Assembly (NCBI GenBank): GCA_012521575.1 | Contig: JAAYMD010000022.1 | Coordinates: forward strand, 1-59,277 | Direction of reading: 5' to 3' | Source of the DNA: Mollicutes bacterium | GTDB lineage: Bacteria; Bacillota_I; Bacilli_A; RF39; UBA660 | Length of the DNA stretch: 59,277 bases | Shown here: positions 39,743 to 49,385 of the stretch, in pieces | How positions within the stretch are numbered: the first letter of the stretch is position 1 | Layout: each line of letters starts with the position of its first letter | Notes under the pieces: model-generated | What the model was told of the DNA's origin: nothing | The model's database searches: none | Seen by the model: the letters and a program-made list of their open reading frames with translations, nothing else | Translations under genes and position numbers: made by a program

Positions 39743-41701
39743 CTATTTTGTTTTACTTTTTAATTCAAATAATATATCCCTTAATTCCATTGCTTTTTCA
39801 AAATCTAAATTTTTAGCTGCCTCTTTCATTTCTTTTTCTATTTTATCAATTAAATCTAATTTTTCCTTTTCGCTTAATTTTGTAGATTCTTTCATTTCAA
39901 TTTCTTCAGTGTTACTTATTAATTCTCTAATTTCTTTTTTTATTGTTTTAGGAACAATATTATGTTTTTTATTATATTCTTCTTGAATGGCACGACGTCT
40001 ATTAGTTTCATCTATTGCTAGTTGCATTGCTTGACTAATAGTATCAGCATACATTATAACATGTCCATTCGCATTTCTTGCTGCACGTCCAATTGTTTGA
40101 ATTAAGCTTCTTGCACTACGAAGGAATCCTTGCTTATCTGCATCTAAAATAGCTATTAAACTAACTTCAGGTATATCAAGGCCTTCTCTTAATAAGTTTA
40201 TTCCAACTATTACATCATATTTACCTATTCTTAAATCTCTAATAATTTTTAATCTTTCTAAAGTTTCTATTTCGCTATGTAAATAAGCTACTTTAATATC
40301 CATTTTTTTTAAGTATGCTGTTAACTCTTCTGCCATTTTTATTGTTAAAGTTGTAATTAAAACTCTTTCATTTTGTGCTATTCTTTCTTGTATGTTATTT
40401 ATTAAATTATCTATTTGTCCTTTTGTTGGTCTGATTTCTATTGTTGGATCAAGTAAACCAGTTGGACGAATTATTTGTTCAATAATAGTATTGTTACTTT
40501 TTTTAATTTCATAGTCTCCTGGAGTTGCTGAAACATAAATCACATTTTTTAATTTTTGTTCAAATTCTTCAAATGTAAGTGGTCTGTTATCTAAAGCACT
40601 TGGTAATCTAAATCCATACTCAACTAATGTTTCTTTTCGAGATCGATCACCATTATACATTCCACCTATTTGTGGAATTGTAACGTGTGATTCATCAATT
40701 ATCATTAAAAAATCATCGCCAAAAAAATCAATTAATGTTGTAGGAGTTTCACCTTCTTTTTTAAGTGCTAAATGACGAGCATAATTTTCAACACCGTGGC
40801 AAAAACCAGTTTCTGCTAGCATTTCTAAATCATAATTTGTTCTTTCTTTTAACCGTTGATATTCCAATAATTTTCCTTCTTTTTCAAATTTTTTTAATTG
40901 CTCTTCTAATTCTTCTCGAATATTTTCAATTGCTTTTTTTAATTTTTCTTCACTTGTAACAAAGTGACTAGCTGGAAAAATGGTTATAGTTTTTTTTGAT
41001 GATATTAATTCACCTGTTAAAGTATCAAATTCGCTAATTTTTTCAATTTCATCACCAAAAAAATCAATTCTTATTGCTTTTCCGTGTTGACTAATTGGCA
41101 CTACTTCTAAAATATCGCCTCGAACTCTAAATGACCCTCTTTTTAAATCAATATTATTTCTTTCATATAACATATCAATTAATTTTTCAATAACTTCATT
41201 TCTATCTACAACATCTCCTACATTTAAAGTTAATACTTTTTTCTTATATTCTTCTATTTCACCAATACCATATATACATGATACAGATGCAACAACTATG
41301 ACATCATCATGATTTAAAAGTGCAGATGTGGCAGAATGTCTTAATTCATCAATTTCATCATTTATTGATGCATCTTTCTCAATATATGTATCAGTTCTAG
41401 GTACATAAGCTTCTGGTTGATAATAATCATAATATGATACAAAATATTCTACTCGATTATTTGGAAAAAATTCCTTTAATTCACTATAAAGTTGTCCTGC
41501 TAGAGTTTTGTTGTGTGCTAAAACAAGAGTTTTCTTATTAACAGCTGCTATCACATTAGCTATTGTAAATGTTTTTCCTGTACCAGTAGCACCCAATAAA
41601 ACTTGATGTTTTACATTATTTTTTATATTATTAACTAATTTTTCAATTGTTTGTGGTTGGTCACCAGCTGGTTTAAAATTTGATACTAATTCAAATTTCA
41701 T
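39743..41701 (-). CDS. uvrB: Excinuclease ABC subunit B
   Basis: [10 protein letters not shown] Walker A, DESH box and C-terminal UVR domain ([15 protein letters not shown]). Confidence 0.95.
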   Translation of the reverse strand: MKFELVSNFKPAGDQPQTIEKLVNNIKNNVKHQVLLGATGTGKTFTIANVIAAVNKKTLVLAHNKTLAGQLYSELKEFFPNNRVEYFVSYYDYYQPEAYVPRTDTYIEKDASINDEIDELRHSATSALLNHDDVIVVASVSCIYGIGEIEEYKKKVLTLNVGDVVDRNEVIEKLIDMLYERNNIDLKRGSFRVRGDILEVVPISQHGKAIRIDFFGDEIEKISEFDTLTGELISSKKTITIFPASHFVTSEEKLKKAIENIREELEEQLKKFEKEGKLLEYQRLKERTNYDLEMLAETGFCHGVENYARHLALKKEGETPTTLIDFFGDDFLMIIDESHVTIPQIGGMYNGDRSRKETLVEYGFRLPSALDNRPLTFEEFEQKLKNVIYVSATPGDYEIKKSNNTIIEQIIRPTGLLDPTIEIRPTKGQIDNLINNIQERIAQNERVLITTLTIKMAEELTAYLKKMDIKVAYLHSEIETLERLKIIRDLRIGKYDVIVGINLLREGLDIPEVSLIAILDADKQGFLRSARSLIQTIGRAARNANGHVIMYADTISQAMQLAIDETNRRRAIQEEYNKKHNIVPKTIKKEIRELISNTEEIEMKESTKLSEKEKLDLIDKIEKEMKEAAKNLDFEKAMELRDILFELKSKTK

Positions 41702-41812
41702 AATTATCCCACCATTTTTATATTTATTATCTTTTTTTTAATCTTGATAAAGATTTTATCATAAAATTTTCTTTTTTGAAATAACAAAAATTTTAACTCT
41801 TTAATATTTTTT

Positions 41813-41842
41813 ATTTTAAAAAAAACTGCCTTTTAAAGCAGT
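41813..41842 (-). terminator. Rho-independent terminator after the noc-like gene
   Basis: On the minus strand, a CTGCTTTAAAAGGCAG hairpin followed by T8. Overlaps the stop codon. Confidence 0.55.
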
Positions 41843-43290
41843 TATTTATTTTTAGTTATTGTAAGAATTACTTGATAGCTATCACCTAAATCTAATTCAT
41901 CAATTTCTAAAAAGTATCCATCTTCTTCTATTCTTTTTGTAAATTCTCTAATTTCTTTAATTATTTCGTTGAATGATTTTTCATTTTTTACATCCTCGTT
42001 ATTATTACTTAAATCAGATATTGTATGGTTAAATGTATATTCATTATTATTGTTTTCAATTATATTGGTTGGTTGTTCTATATCTTCAAAATCATTAAAA
42101 TTAAAATTATAATCAGGTTCATATTTAAAATTATTATCCTCATTATTATTATTTGCTTCAGAGTCAGGTTTATCAATTATTGTTTCATCATAGTTTATTT
42201 CTGGTAAAGTTAATTCTTCATCTAGAAGTAATTGTGAATTTGATAAATCAAATTCAAATCCTTCATTTTGTTCTTTATTTTGTTGACTTAACTTATCTTC
42301 GTTTTCATTTTCTTCTATAAAACTGAAAAATTTACCATGTTTTATTTTTACATCATTTTTATCTTCTTCAACTGGTTTGCTATCTACCATATTTTCATCA
42401 GCTTTAAGTAAACTATCAATATCCGCTAAAGGTTTTTCGACATTTATTTCTTCAGCAGTTTGCTCAATTTTATCAATATCTAAAAATCCAGGTTTTACAT
42501 TATTATCATTAAAAATATTAGTACTACTTGTAGTAACTGGTTCAACAACCTGATTACCATCTAATTCATCAAATATTTCAATATTTTCTATTATCGGAGA
42601 TGAAGGAATATTAAATTTATCTTTTTGTTGCTCATCCATAATATTTTCCTCTTTTCGATCAGTTTTTTTTGGGTTTTTAACACGTAGTAATTTATCAATT
42701 TCGTTATCTGTTTTTCTTACAGTTAATCTTTCGTTTATTATTCTTTTTAACATTTCTTTTTGATCATTTTTATCTTCTAATTTTAACAATGAACGGGCAT
42801 GTCTTTCTGATATTTCATTATTTAATAATGCCTCTTGTACTTCTTCATCTAAATTCAATAGTCTTAATTTGTTAGAAATTGTAGATTGACTAACATCTAA
42901 CCTGGCAGCTAGTGCATCTTGATTCAAATATCCCATTTCTAGTATTTTTTTATACGAAATAGCTTCTTCTATTGGTGATAAATCTTTTCTTTGAATATTT
43001 TCAATTAGCGCGACTTCAGCACTTTGCTTATCATCCATATTACTTATTATCGCAGGGATAGTTTGCTTTCCAGCAATTAAACTTGCCTTATATCTTCTTT
43101 CACCAGCAATAATTTCATATTTATCTCCAATTTCTCTAACAATAATTGGCTGTATCACACCATGCTCTTTAATTGAATCAGCTAATTCATTAAGTGCATT
43201 TTCATCAAATTTTATTCTTGGCTGAAAACGATTGGGTAATATATCATCAAGATTTAATTCAACAACTTTTTTATCACTTTCATCGTTCAT
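41842..43290 (-). CDS. noc: Noc-type ParB family protein with a long low-complexity insertion
   Basis: ParB N-domain (LPNRFQPR, IIAGERRYKAS). The HTH SQSTISNKLRLL...SERHARSL matches the B. subtilis Noc signature (GQSTIANKLRLL...TERHARAL). The C-terminus (FNEIIKEIREFTKRIEEDGYFLEIDELDLGDSYQVILTITK) resembles the Noc C-terminus. Lies next to rsmG, as in Bacillus. Confidence 0.8.
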   Translation of the reverse strand: MNDESDKKVVELNLDDILPNRFQPRIKFDENALNELADSIKEHGVIQPIIVREIGDKYEIIAGERRYKASLIAGKQTIPAIISNMDDKQSAEVALIENIQRKDLSPIEEAISYKKILEMGYLNQDALAARLDVSQSTISNKLRLLNLDEEVQEALLNNEISERHARSLLKLEDKNDQKEMLKRIINERLTVRKTDNEIDKLLRVKNPKKTDRKEENIMDEQQKDKFNIPSSPIIENIEIFDELDGNQVVEPVTTSSTNIFNDNNVKPGFLDIDKIEQTAEEINVEKPLADIDSLLKADENMVDSKPVEEDKNDVKIKHGKFFSFIEENENEDKLSQQNKEQNEGFEFDLSNSQLLLDEELTLPEINYDETIIDKPDSEANNNNEDNNFKYEPDYNFNFNDFEDIEQPTNIIENNNNEYTFNHTISDLSNNNEDVKNEKSFNEIIKEIREFTKRIEEDGYFLEIDELDLGDSYQVILTITKNK

Positions 43291-43358
43291 TTACAATCGT
43301 ACCTCCCCTATTTATCCCTTATAATTATATAATACTATATTTTAATAAATAAAACAAC

Positions 43359-43386
43359 TTTTTTTGGGAAATATTTCCCAAAAAAA
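43359..43386. repeat. 28-bp perfect palindrome TTTTTTTGGGAAATATTTCCCAAAAAAA in the rsmG-noc spacer
   Basis: Read directly from the sequence. The core is made of two NBS half-sites in everted order (GGGAAAT|ATTTCCC). Confidence 0.9.
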
Positions 43387-43403
43387 AAGAGAGAGAAATC
43401 ACT

Positions 43404-44108
43404 TTATAGGGGCTCTTTTTTTATTTTGGCATAATCTCGTGGATAAATATTCGGAATTTTTCCTTTTTTTTGCACTACAATTAATGCTCGTTGGCTATTT
43501 TCAATTGGTAATTTAAATTCAATAACTTCTTTAATTTTAGTGTTTAATTTTTTTATAGCTTTTTTTGATAAAAATATTTCCCGGGAAATATTTGCTTTCA
43601 TTGCAATAAAAAATTTTTCTTTTTTCACAATTGGTATACAATATTCTAGCAAAATATTAAGAGGGGCGACCGCCCTTGCTGTGACAACATCAAATCTATC
43701 TTTGTTTTTTCGACCAAATTCTTCGGCACGAGCATGAATTGTATAAATTTTCTTTAGTTTCAATTTATTTATAACTTCATTTAAAAAGATAATTCTTTTT
43801 TGTAACGAATCAACCAGTGTGACTTCTAGATTGGGAAATAAAATTTTTATTACAACTCCAGGAAATCCTGCTCCTGAACCTACATCACAAAAGTTCTGTT
43901 GTTTTTCTAAATCAATAGCACGCACCAAGGTTGCTGAATCATAAAAATGTTTTAAATATACATCTTCTTTTTTATTTATTGTAGTTAAATTCATTTTGTT
44001 ATTCCATTCTATTAGTAATTTATAATACATTTGAAATTGCTTAATTTGCTCATCTGTTAGTTTAATACCTATTTTTTTTATATTATCAATAAATTCTTTT
44101 TCATTCAT
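43404..44108 (-). CDS. rsmG: 16S rRNA (guanine527-N7)-methyltransferase RsmG (GidB)
   Basis: SAM motif DVGSGAGFPG and position after mnmG. Confidence 0.9.
   Translation of the reverse strand: MNEKEFIDNIKKIGIKLTDEQIKQFQMYYKLLIEWNNKMNLTTINKKEDVYLKHFYDSATLVRAIDLEKQQNFCDVGSGAGFPGVVIKILFPNLEVTLVDSLQKRIIFLNEVINKLKLKKIYTIHARAEEFGRKNKDRFDVVTARAVAPLNILLEYCIPIVKKEKFFIAMKANISREIFLSKKAIKKLNTKIKEVIEFKLPIENSQRALIVVQKKGKIPNIYPRDYAKIKKEPL
43576..43589. other. Noc-binding site (NBS) consensus inside the rsmG coding sequence
   Basis: ATTTCCCGGGAAAT is an exact match. The palindrome extends to 22 bp, AAATATTTCCCGGGAAATATTT (43572-43593). Confidence 0.75.
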
Positions 44109-44118
44109 TCTTTTTCAT

Positions 44119-45984
44119 TCATTTTTTTTCACCTTTTTTTAAATATACGGTAAGAATTGATATATCTGATGGATTAACCCCACTTATTCGCATAGCTTGA
44201 CCAATTGATGTTGGTCTTATTTTTTCTAATTTTTGAATTGCTTCACTAGCTAAATTAGGAATTTTTTTATAATCAATATTTTCTGGTATTCTTTTCATTT
44301 CCAACTTTAACATTTTTTCTGCTTCTTTTTCTGCTTTTTTTATATAACCTTCATATTTAACATTTATTTCAACTTGTTCAATTATTTCTTTATCAAACGG
44401 AATTTCTATAAATTTTTTAAAATGTGAAATATTGATTTCTGGACGTTTTAATAAATCATATAATGTTATTATACCTTTTAATGGTGCAGAATTTAACATT
44501 TTTAAATATTCATTTACTTCGTTAGTAGGGGTTAATTTATGATTTTTTAATATTTCTTCCAACTCATTTATTTTTTTTAATTTTTCTTGAAATTTTTTAT
44601 ATCTTTCTTCATCAATTAAACCTACTTCATAACCTTTTTGCCTTAATCTTATATCAGCATTATCATGTCTTAAAAGTAAGCGATACTCGGCTCTTGAAGT
44701 AAGTAAACGATACGGATCAGTTACTCCTTTTGTTACTAAATCATCTATTAAAACCCCAATATATGCTTCATTTCTTTTTAATATTAATGGTCCTTTTCCT
44801 TCTAATTTTAATGCAGCATTAATTCCCGCTATTAAACCTTGACCTGCTGCTTCTTCATAACCACTTGTTCCATTAATTTGGCCTGCAGTAAATAGGTTTT
44901 CGATAATTTTCGTTTCTAAATTTTGCTTTAATTGTGTCGGATTAATAGCGTCATATTCTATTGCATAAGCATATTTTAATATTTTAGCATTTTCTAATCC
45001 TTCAATACTGCGTACTATTTGTTCTTGAATATCGTGTGGTAAGCTTGTTGATAAACCTTGAATATAAATATCATCATAATATCTACTTTCTGGCTCTAAA
45101 AAGATTTGATGGTGGTCCTTATCACTAAATCTTACAACCTTATCTTCAATTGATGGACAATATCTTGGACCAACACTTATAACATCAGGAAGTCCACCAT
45201 ACATACTAGATTTATGAAGATTTTCATTTATAATTTGGTGTGTTTTTAAATTAGTATAAGTTAAATAACATGGTTCTTGATTTTCTATATCGTAATTATA
45301 ATAATCATCATGATTGAAACTCAAGTAAACAGTATCTCCAGTTTCGATTTTAGTTTTATTAAAATCAATAGAATCACGTGCGATTCTTGGAGGTGTTCCG
45401 GTTTTTAAACGAATAATTTCGAATCCTAATTTTTTTAAATTGTCACTTAAATGTTGACTTGGTTTTTCTCCATGAGGACCTTGTCTTGTTCTAGTGCTAC
45501 CGATTAAAATATCTGATTTCATGTATGTACCCGTTGTCAATATTACAATTTTACCTTTTATGATACTTTTATCTTTTAAAATAACACCTTTTACTACATT
45601 ATTTTCAATTATTAAATCTTCGACCATTGCTTCAATAAGATTTAAATTTTTTTGACCTTTTAAAACTTTCATCATTTCTTTTGGATAAATTACTTTATCA
45701 ATTTGTGCTCTTAGAGCTTGAACAGCAGGTCCTTTTTTGGAATTTAATTTTTTTATTTGTATTTTAGAACGATCTGCTAGTTTTCCCATTTCACCGCCTA
45801 AAGCATCTATTTCTCTAACAACAACTCCTTTTGCACTACCACCAATTGATGGATTGCAAGCCATGTCAGCAATATTATTTAAATTACTTGTTATAAGTAA
45901 TGTTTTATGATTTTTTCGAGCTGAAGCAAGCGCAGCTTCACAACCGGCATGACCTGCTCCAACAACTATTACATCATACTCCAT
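44119..45984 (-). CDS. mnmG: tRNA uridine 5-carboxymethylaminomethyl modification enzyme MnmG (GidA)
   Basis: YDVIVVGAGHAGCEAA FAD motif. The ATG at 45984 follows a GGAGGTG RBS. The longer ORF-track start would overlap mnmE. Confidence 0.95.
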   Translation of the reverse strand: MEYDVIVVGAGHAGCEAALASARKNHKTLLITSNLNNIADMACNPSIGGSAKGVVVREIDALGGEMGKLADRSKIQIKKLNSKKGPAVQALRAQIDKVIYPKEMMKVLKGQKNLNLIEAMVEDLIIENNVVKGVILKDKSIIKGKIVILTTGTYMKSDILIGSTRTRQGPHGEKPSQHLSDNLKKLGFEIIRLKTGTPPRIARDSIDFNKTKIETGDTVYLSFNHDDYYNYDIENQEPCYLTYTNLKTHQIINENLHKSSMYGGLPDVISVGPRYCPSIEDKVVRFSDKDHHQIFLEPESRYYDDIYIQGLSTSLPHDIQEQIVRSIEGLENAKILKYAYAIEYDAINPTQLKQNLETKIIENLFTAGQINGTSGYEEAAGQGLIAGINAALKLEGKGPLILKRNEAYIGVLIDDLVTKGVTDPYRLLTSRAEYRLLLRHDNADIRLRQKGYEVGLIDEERYKKFQEKLKKINELEEILKNHKLTPTNEVNEYLKMLNSAPLKGIITLYDLLKRPEINISHFKKFIEIPFDKEIIEQVEINVKYEGYIKKAEKEAEKMLKLEMKRIPENIDYKKIPNLASEAIQKLEKIRPTSIGQAMRISGVNPSDISILTVYLKKGEKK

Positions 45985-46016
45985 TTTTACACCTCCATTA
46001 ATCAAAAAGTTTTTAT

Positions 46017-47381
46017 TTATTTTCCTAAACAAAATTGCTTAAATAATTGATCTATTAATTCATCATCGTATGTTTCACCAATAATTTCACCTAACAATTG
46101 CCAAATTTTTTTAAGATCTATTTCTATCATATCTATAAATTCATTATTAGCTATAGCACCTTCAATGTCTTCAATAATTTTTAAAATAGTTTTCATTATT
46201 GAAATACTTCTTGCATTTGTTAAATATGTCAAATCTTTAGTTTTTATTTTTTCTAAATTATAAATTTCTTTTATTTTGTTTTTTAACTCATCAAATCCAA
46301 TATTTTTAACGGTACTCATATAAACAATATTTTTATTTTTTAAAATTTCTTCGTTTATTTCTTTTTCTAAATCAATTTTGTTGACTATAATTATGTGATT
46401 TTTATTCTTTAATTTTGATATTATTTCTAAATCTTCTTCTGTTATTTTTTCATTATTATTTAAAACATATAAAATTAGATCGGATTTATCTATTAGTTCT
46501 AAACTCCTTTTAACCCCAATACTTTCAACTACATCATCTGTCTTTCTTATTCCAGCTGTATCAATGATATTCAACAATAAACCATTTATATTAAGTGTAC
46601 CTTCTACAAAATCTCTAGTTGTCCCTGGTATATTGGTAACAATAGCTTTTTCCTCATCTAATAATTTATTTAAAATACTACTTTTTCCAACATTTGGTTT
46701 TCCAATTATAGCAGTATTTATTCCTTCTTTAATTATTTTTCCATTTTCACTTTCTTCAATTATTTTTATTATTTGCTTTTTTATATATTTAATTTTTTCT
46801 TCTAATTCTTGAATTGTAAGTTCTTCAATATCTTCATATTCAGGATAGTCGATATTAACAGCAATATTAGCTAAAACTTCAAGTATTTGCTGGCGCAAAT
46901 GATTGATTATATTTGATACTTTTCCAGCAACTTGATTTATTGCAAGAGCACGAGATTGTTCTGTTTTTGAATTTATTAAATCCATTACTCCTTCAGCTTC
47001 TAACAAATCAATTCGACCATTTAAAAATGCTCTTTTTGTAAATTCTCCTGGTTCTGCCAAACGACAACCATTATTTAATAATATCTCTAATATACGGTTA
47101 GTAGTAATAATCCCACCATGACAATTTATTTCAACAACGTCTTCACGAGTAAATGTTTTTGGTGTACGCATTACAGAAACTAAAACTTCATCTACTATTT
47201 CTTCTCCATCTTTAATGTGACCATAATGAATAGTATGAGAAGGTACTTTTTCTAAATCTTTTCCTAGAAAAACTTTATTTACAATTTTTATTGCCTCATT
47301 ACCACTAACACGAATAATAGAAATTGCTCCAACACCAAGTGCTGTTGAAATTGCTACAATAGTATCATCCATTTTTATCAC
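46017..47381 (-). CDS. mnmE: tRNA modification GTPase MnmE (TrmE)
   Basis: DTIVAISTA N-terminus, GKPNVGKSS G1 motif, DTAGIR, and a C-terminal CLGK. Start is either GTG 47381 or ATG 47372. Confidence 0.95.
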   Translation of the reverse strand: MIKMDDTIVAISTALGVGAISIIRVSGNEAIKIVNKVFLGKDLEKVPSHTIHYGHIKDGEEIVDEVLVSVMRTPKTFTREDVVEINCHGGIITTNRILEILLNNGCRLAEPGEFTKRAFLNGRIDLLEAEGVMDLINSKTEQSRALAINQVAGKVSNIINHLRQQILEVLANIAVNIDYPEYEDIEELTIQELEEKIKYIKKQIIKIIEESENGKIIKEGINTAIIGKPNVGKSSILNKLLDEEKAIVTNIPGTTRDFVEGTLNINGLLLNIIDTAGIRKTDDVVESIGVKRSLELIDKSDLILYVLNNNEKITEEDLEIISKLKNKNHIIIVNKIDLEKEINEEILKNKNIVYMSTVKNIGFDELKNKIKEIYNLEKIKTKDLTYLTNARSISIMKTILKIIEDIEGAIANNEFIDMIEIDLKKIWQLLGEIIGETYDDELIDQLFKQFCLGK

Positions 47382-47405
47382 ATCCGTTTTCCTTTTTACA
47401 GTTGT

Positions 47406-47434
47406 ATTCTACAGCAAATATATAATATAGTCAA
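47406..47434 (-). promoter_or_regulatory. Sigma-A promoter for mnmE-mnmG-rsmG
   Basis: The minus strand reads TTGACT, 17 nt, TAGAAT. Confidence 0.6.
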
Positions 47435-47437
47435 TAT

Positions 47438-47478
47438 AAAATAAAATCAATTATTTTGCTAGAACAAAATAATTGATT
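47438..47478 (-). terminator. Rho-independent terminator after jag
   Basis: Perfect 14-bp stem AATCAATTATTTTG (47445-47458) with CAAAATAATTGATT (47465-47478). A U-rich tail follows on the minus strand. Confidence 0.7.
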
Positions 47479-47496
47479 CTTCTTTACTATTTTCGT

Positions 47497-48108
47497 TTAT
47501 TCTTTAAATTTTATTATTACGTATCGATTTGGTTCTTCACCTTCACTTACTGTTTCTAAATTTTCAAATTTAGAAATAATAGTGTGAACTAATCTTCTTT
47601 CATATGAATTCATTGGATCTAATTTTGCATCTACTTTTGTTTTTAATACTTCTTTTGCAATTTTTATTATTTCATTTTCAAATTGTTTATTTTTTCTTGA
47701 TTTATAATTCGAAACATCAAGATTAATTTTAATATCAAAAGGAATCTTATTTTTTAAAGTTTGCTTTAATAATTGTTGTATGGATGTTAAAGTTTTACCA
47801 TCTTTTCCTATTATTATTGAATTATCAGAAGACAATAAATTTACATTTATAATATCATCTCTTATTTTTATTTCACAATTAATATCTATATTCATTAATT
47901 CAGATATTTTTGAAAAATAATTTTTAATAAATGAAACTACATCTTCTTTTTTTAAGATATTTAATTCATATTTTTTTAATTTAAATAATTTTCCTTCTTT
48001 CTTATTATAATAAACAAAAACTTCTTCATTTTTTACATTTAAACTTGTAAGTGCTTTTTCTAATAGTTCTTCTTCATTTTTTCCTTCAAAACTATAAATT
48101 TTTAGCAT
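47497..48108 (-). CDS. jag: Jag/KhpB (SpoIIIJ-associated, KH + R3H RNA-binding protein)
   Basis: Jag_N, a KH-like IIGKDGKTL motif and R3H (SYERRLVH). Position after yidC. Confidence 0.9.
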   Translation of the reverse strand: MLKIYSFEGKNEEELLEKALTSLNVKNEEVFVYYNKKEGKLFKLKKYELNILKKEDVVSFIKNYFSKISELMNIDINCEIKIRDDIINVNLLSSDNSIIIGKDGKTLTSIQQLLKQTLKNKIPFDIKINLDVSNYKSRKNKQFENEIIKIAKEVLKTKVDAKLDPMNSYERRLVHTIISKFENLETVSEGEEPNRYVIIKFKE

Positions 48109-49000
48109 CTTTATAACTTCCTTTCGAAATTAAATTCTGAACTATAGTAAAAGTACTATTGAATATCCAATATAAACCTATTCCTATTGGTAAATTAAAT
48201 GAAAATATAAAAAATATTACCATCATTATATTCATTGTTAATTTCATTTGTTTTTCTTGTTCTTCTGACATTGCTACAGTTCTATTAAGTTTGAATGAAA
48301 AATATGTTGTGAAAATTATTAGTGCCACTATTATTAAGTAATAAAATTGATTCATACTAAAGGCTTCTAATGGTGTTCTTCTTAATTCAAATAGTCCTAA
48401 AAAATTTTCTTCAAATAAAACAGGTAATCTATTTATAGCTTCAAAAAAGGCAAAAAACAGTGGAATTTGAATGAAAGCAAACAAGCAACCCGATAATGGT
48501 TTAATATTATATTTTTTATATATCAATAATTGCTCTTGACTTTTATTCATCAAAGATTCAGTATCTGTTTTATTTGCATATTTTTTGTTTAATCTTTCTA
48601 ATTCTGGTTGTGCTTTTTTCATATTTATTGATTGTGCTGCTGTTTTAGCAGTTATTGGGAGTACTAATAATCTAAGTAAAATAGTAACTACAATAATTGA
48701 TAAACCATAACTATTTAAAAAATTTCCAACTTTTATTAGTAAAAAAGCTAGAGGTTTTACAAAAATAGTATTCCATAACCCTTCATATCCACCATCGGTA
48801 ATTTTAAATTCAGAACATGATTTTAATTTATCAATATCTATATTATTAGATTGATAAACTTCTATTGTTTCTTGTTTTTCTGGTTTACATAAAATATTTT
48901 CCGCATACATTCTTCCTTCATGATTAAAATTTTTTGTGCAACCGGTTAACCCAATAAGAAGAACTAATACTAATATAATTTTTGTATATTTTTTTTTCAT
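48092..49000 (-). CDS. yidC: Membrane protein insertase YidC/SpoIIIJ (lipoprotein type)
   Basis: Lipobox LIGLTGC and the conserved 60-kDa insertase core (LLRLLVLPI....Q). Confidence 0.9.
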   Translation of the reverse strand: MKKKYTKIILVLVLLIGLTGCTKNFNHEGRMYAENILCKPEKQETIEVYQSNNIDIDKLKSCSEFKITDGGYEGLWNTIFVKPLAFLLIKVGNFLNSYGLSIIVVTILLRLLVLPITAKTAAQSINMKKAQPELERLNKKYANKTDTESLMNKSQEQLLIYKKYNIKPLSGCLFAFIQIPLFFAFFEAINRLPVLFEENFLGLFELRRTPLEAFSMNQFYYLIIVALIIFTTYFSFKLNRTVAMSEEQEKQMKLTMNIMMVIFFIFSFNLPIGIGLYWIFNSTFTIVQNLISKGSYKDAKNL

Positions 49001-49003
49001 TAA

Positions 49004-49366
49004 TTAACCTCCATTATTTAAAATATCTAACCTTTTTAGGGCATCATTTATATCCTTTTCAATTTCTTGAAATGTTCTATCCAAAATACTACTATTAACA
49101 ATTATAATACAATTAAAACCGTTTTTATATTTATTTTTTTGAATTATCGCTTTAATTTGCCTTTTAATTTTATTTCGCACCACGGCTTTTCCAATTTTTT
49201 TACCAACAGAAAATCCAAAATAATAATTATTATCCTCTATTCGCTCAACATAAAATTTCAAATACTTATATCTGAATGGTTTTATTGTATTTATTATCCT
49301 GTTAAATTCATAACTTTTTTTTAAAATATTTTTCTTTTTCATATTATTATTATATAAAGAAAACAC
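49004..49366 (-). CDS. rnpA: Ribonuclease P protein component
   Basis: KKSYEFNRI....GFSVGKKIGKAVVRNKIKRQIK (RNR motif). The start is ambiguous (GTG 49366 or ATG 49342). Confidence 0.9.
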   Translation of the reverse strand: MFSLYNNNMKKKNILKKSYEFNRIINTIKPFRYKYLKFYVERIEDNNYYFGFSVGKKIGKAVVRNKIKRQIKAIIQKNKYKNGFNCIIIVNSSILDRTFQEIEKDINDALKRLDILNNGG

Positions 49367-49385
49367 CGCCTTTTCTAAGTAGTGA

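Noticed and set aside
41745-41761. Inverted repeat TGATAAA-N3-TTTATCA overlapping the uvrB -10 region, considered as a Fur-like or LexA operator.
   Set aside because: The spacing (7-3-7) does not fit the Fur 7-1-7 box, and there is no GAAC-N4-GTTC Cheo box. In this AT-rich promoter such a repeat can arise by chance.
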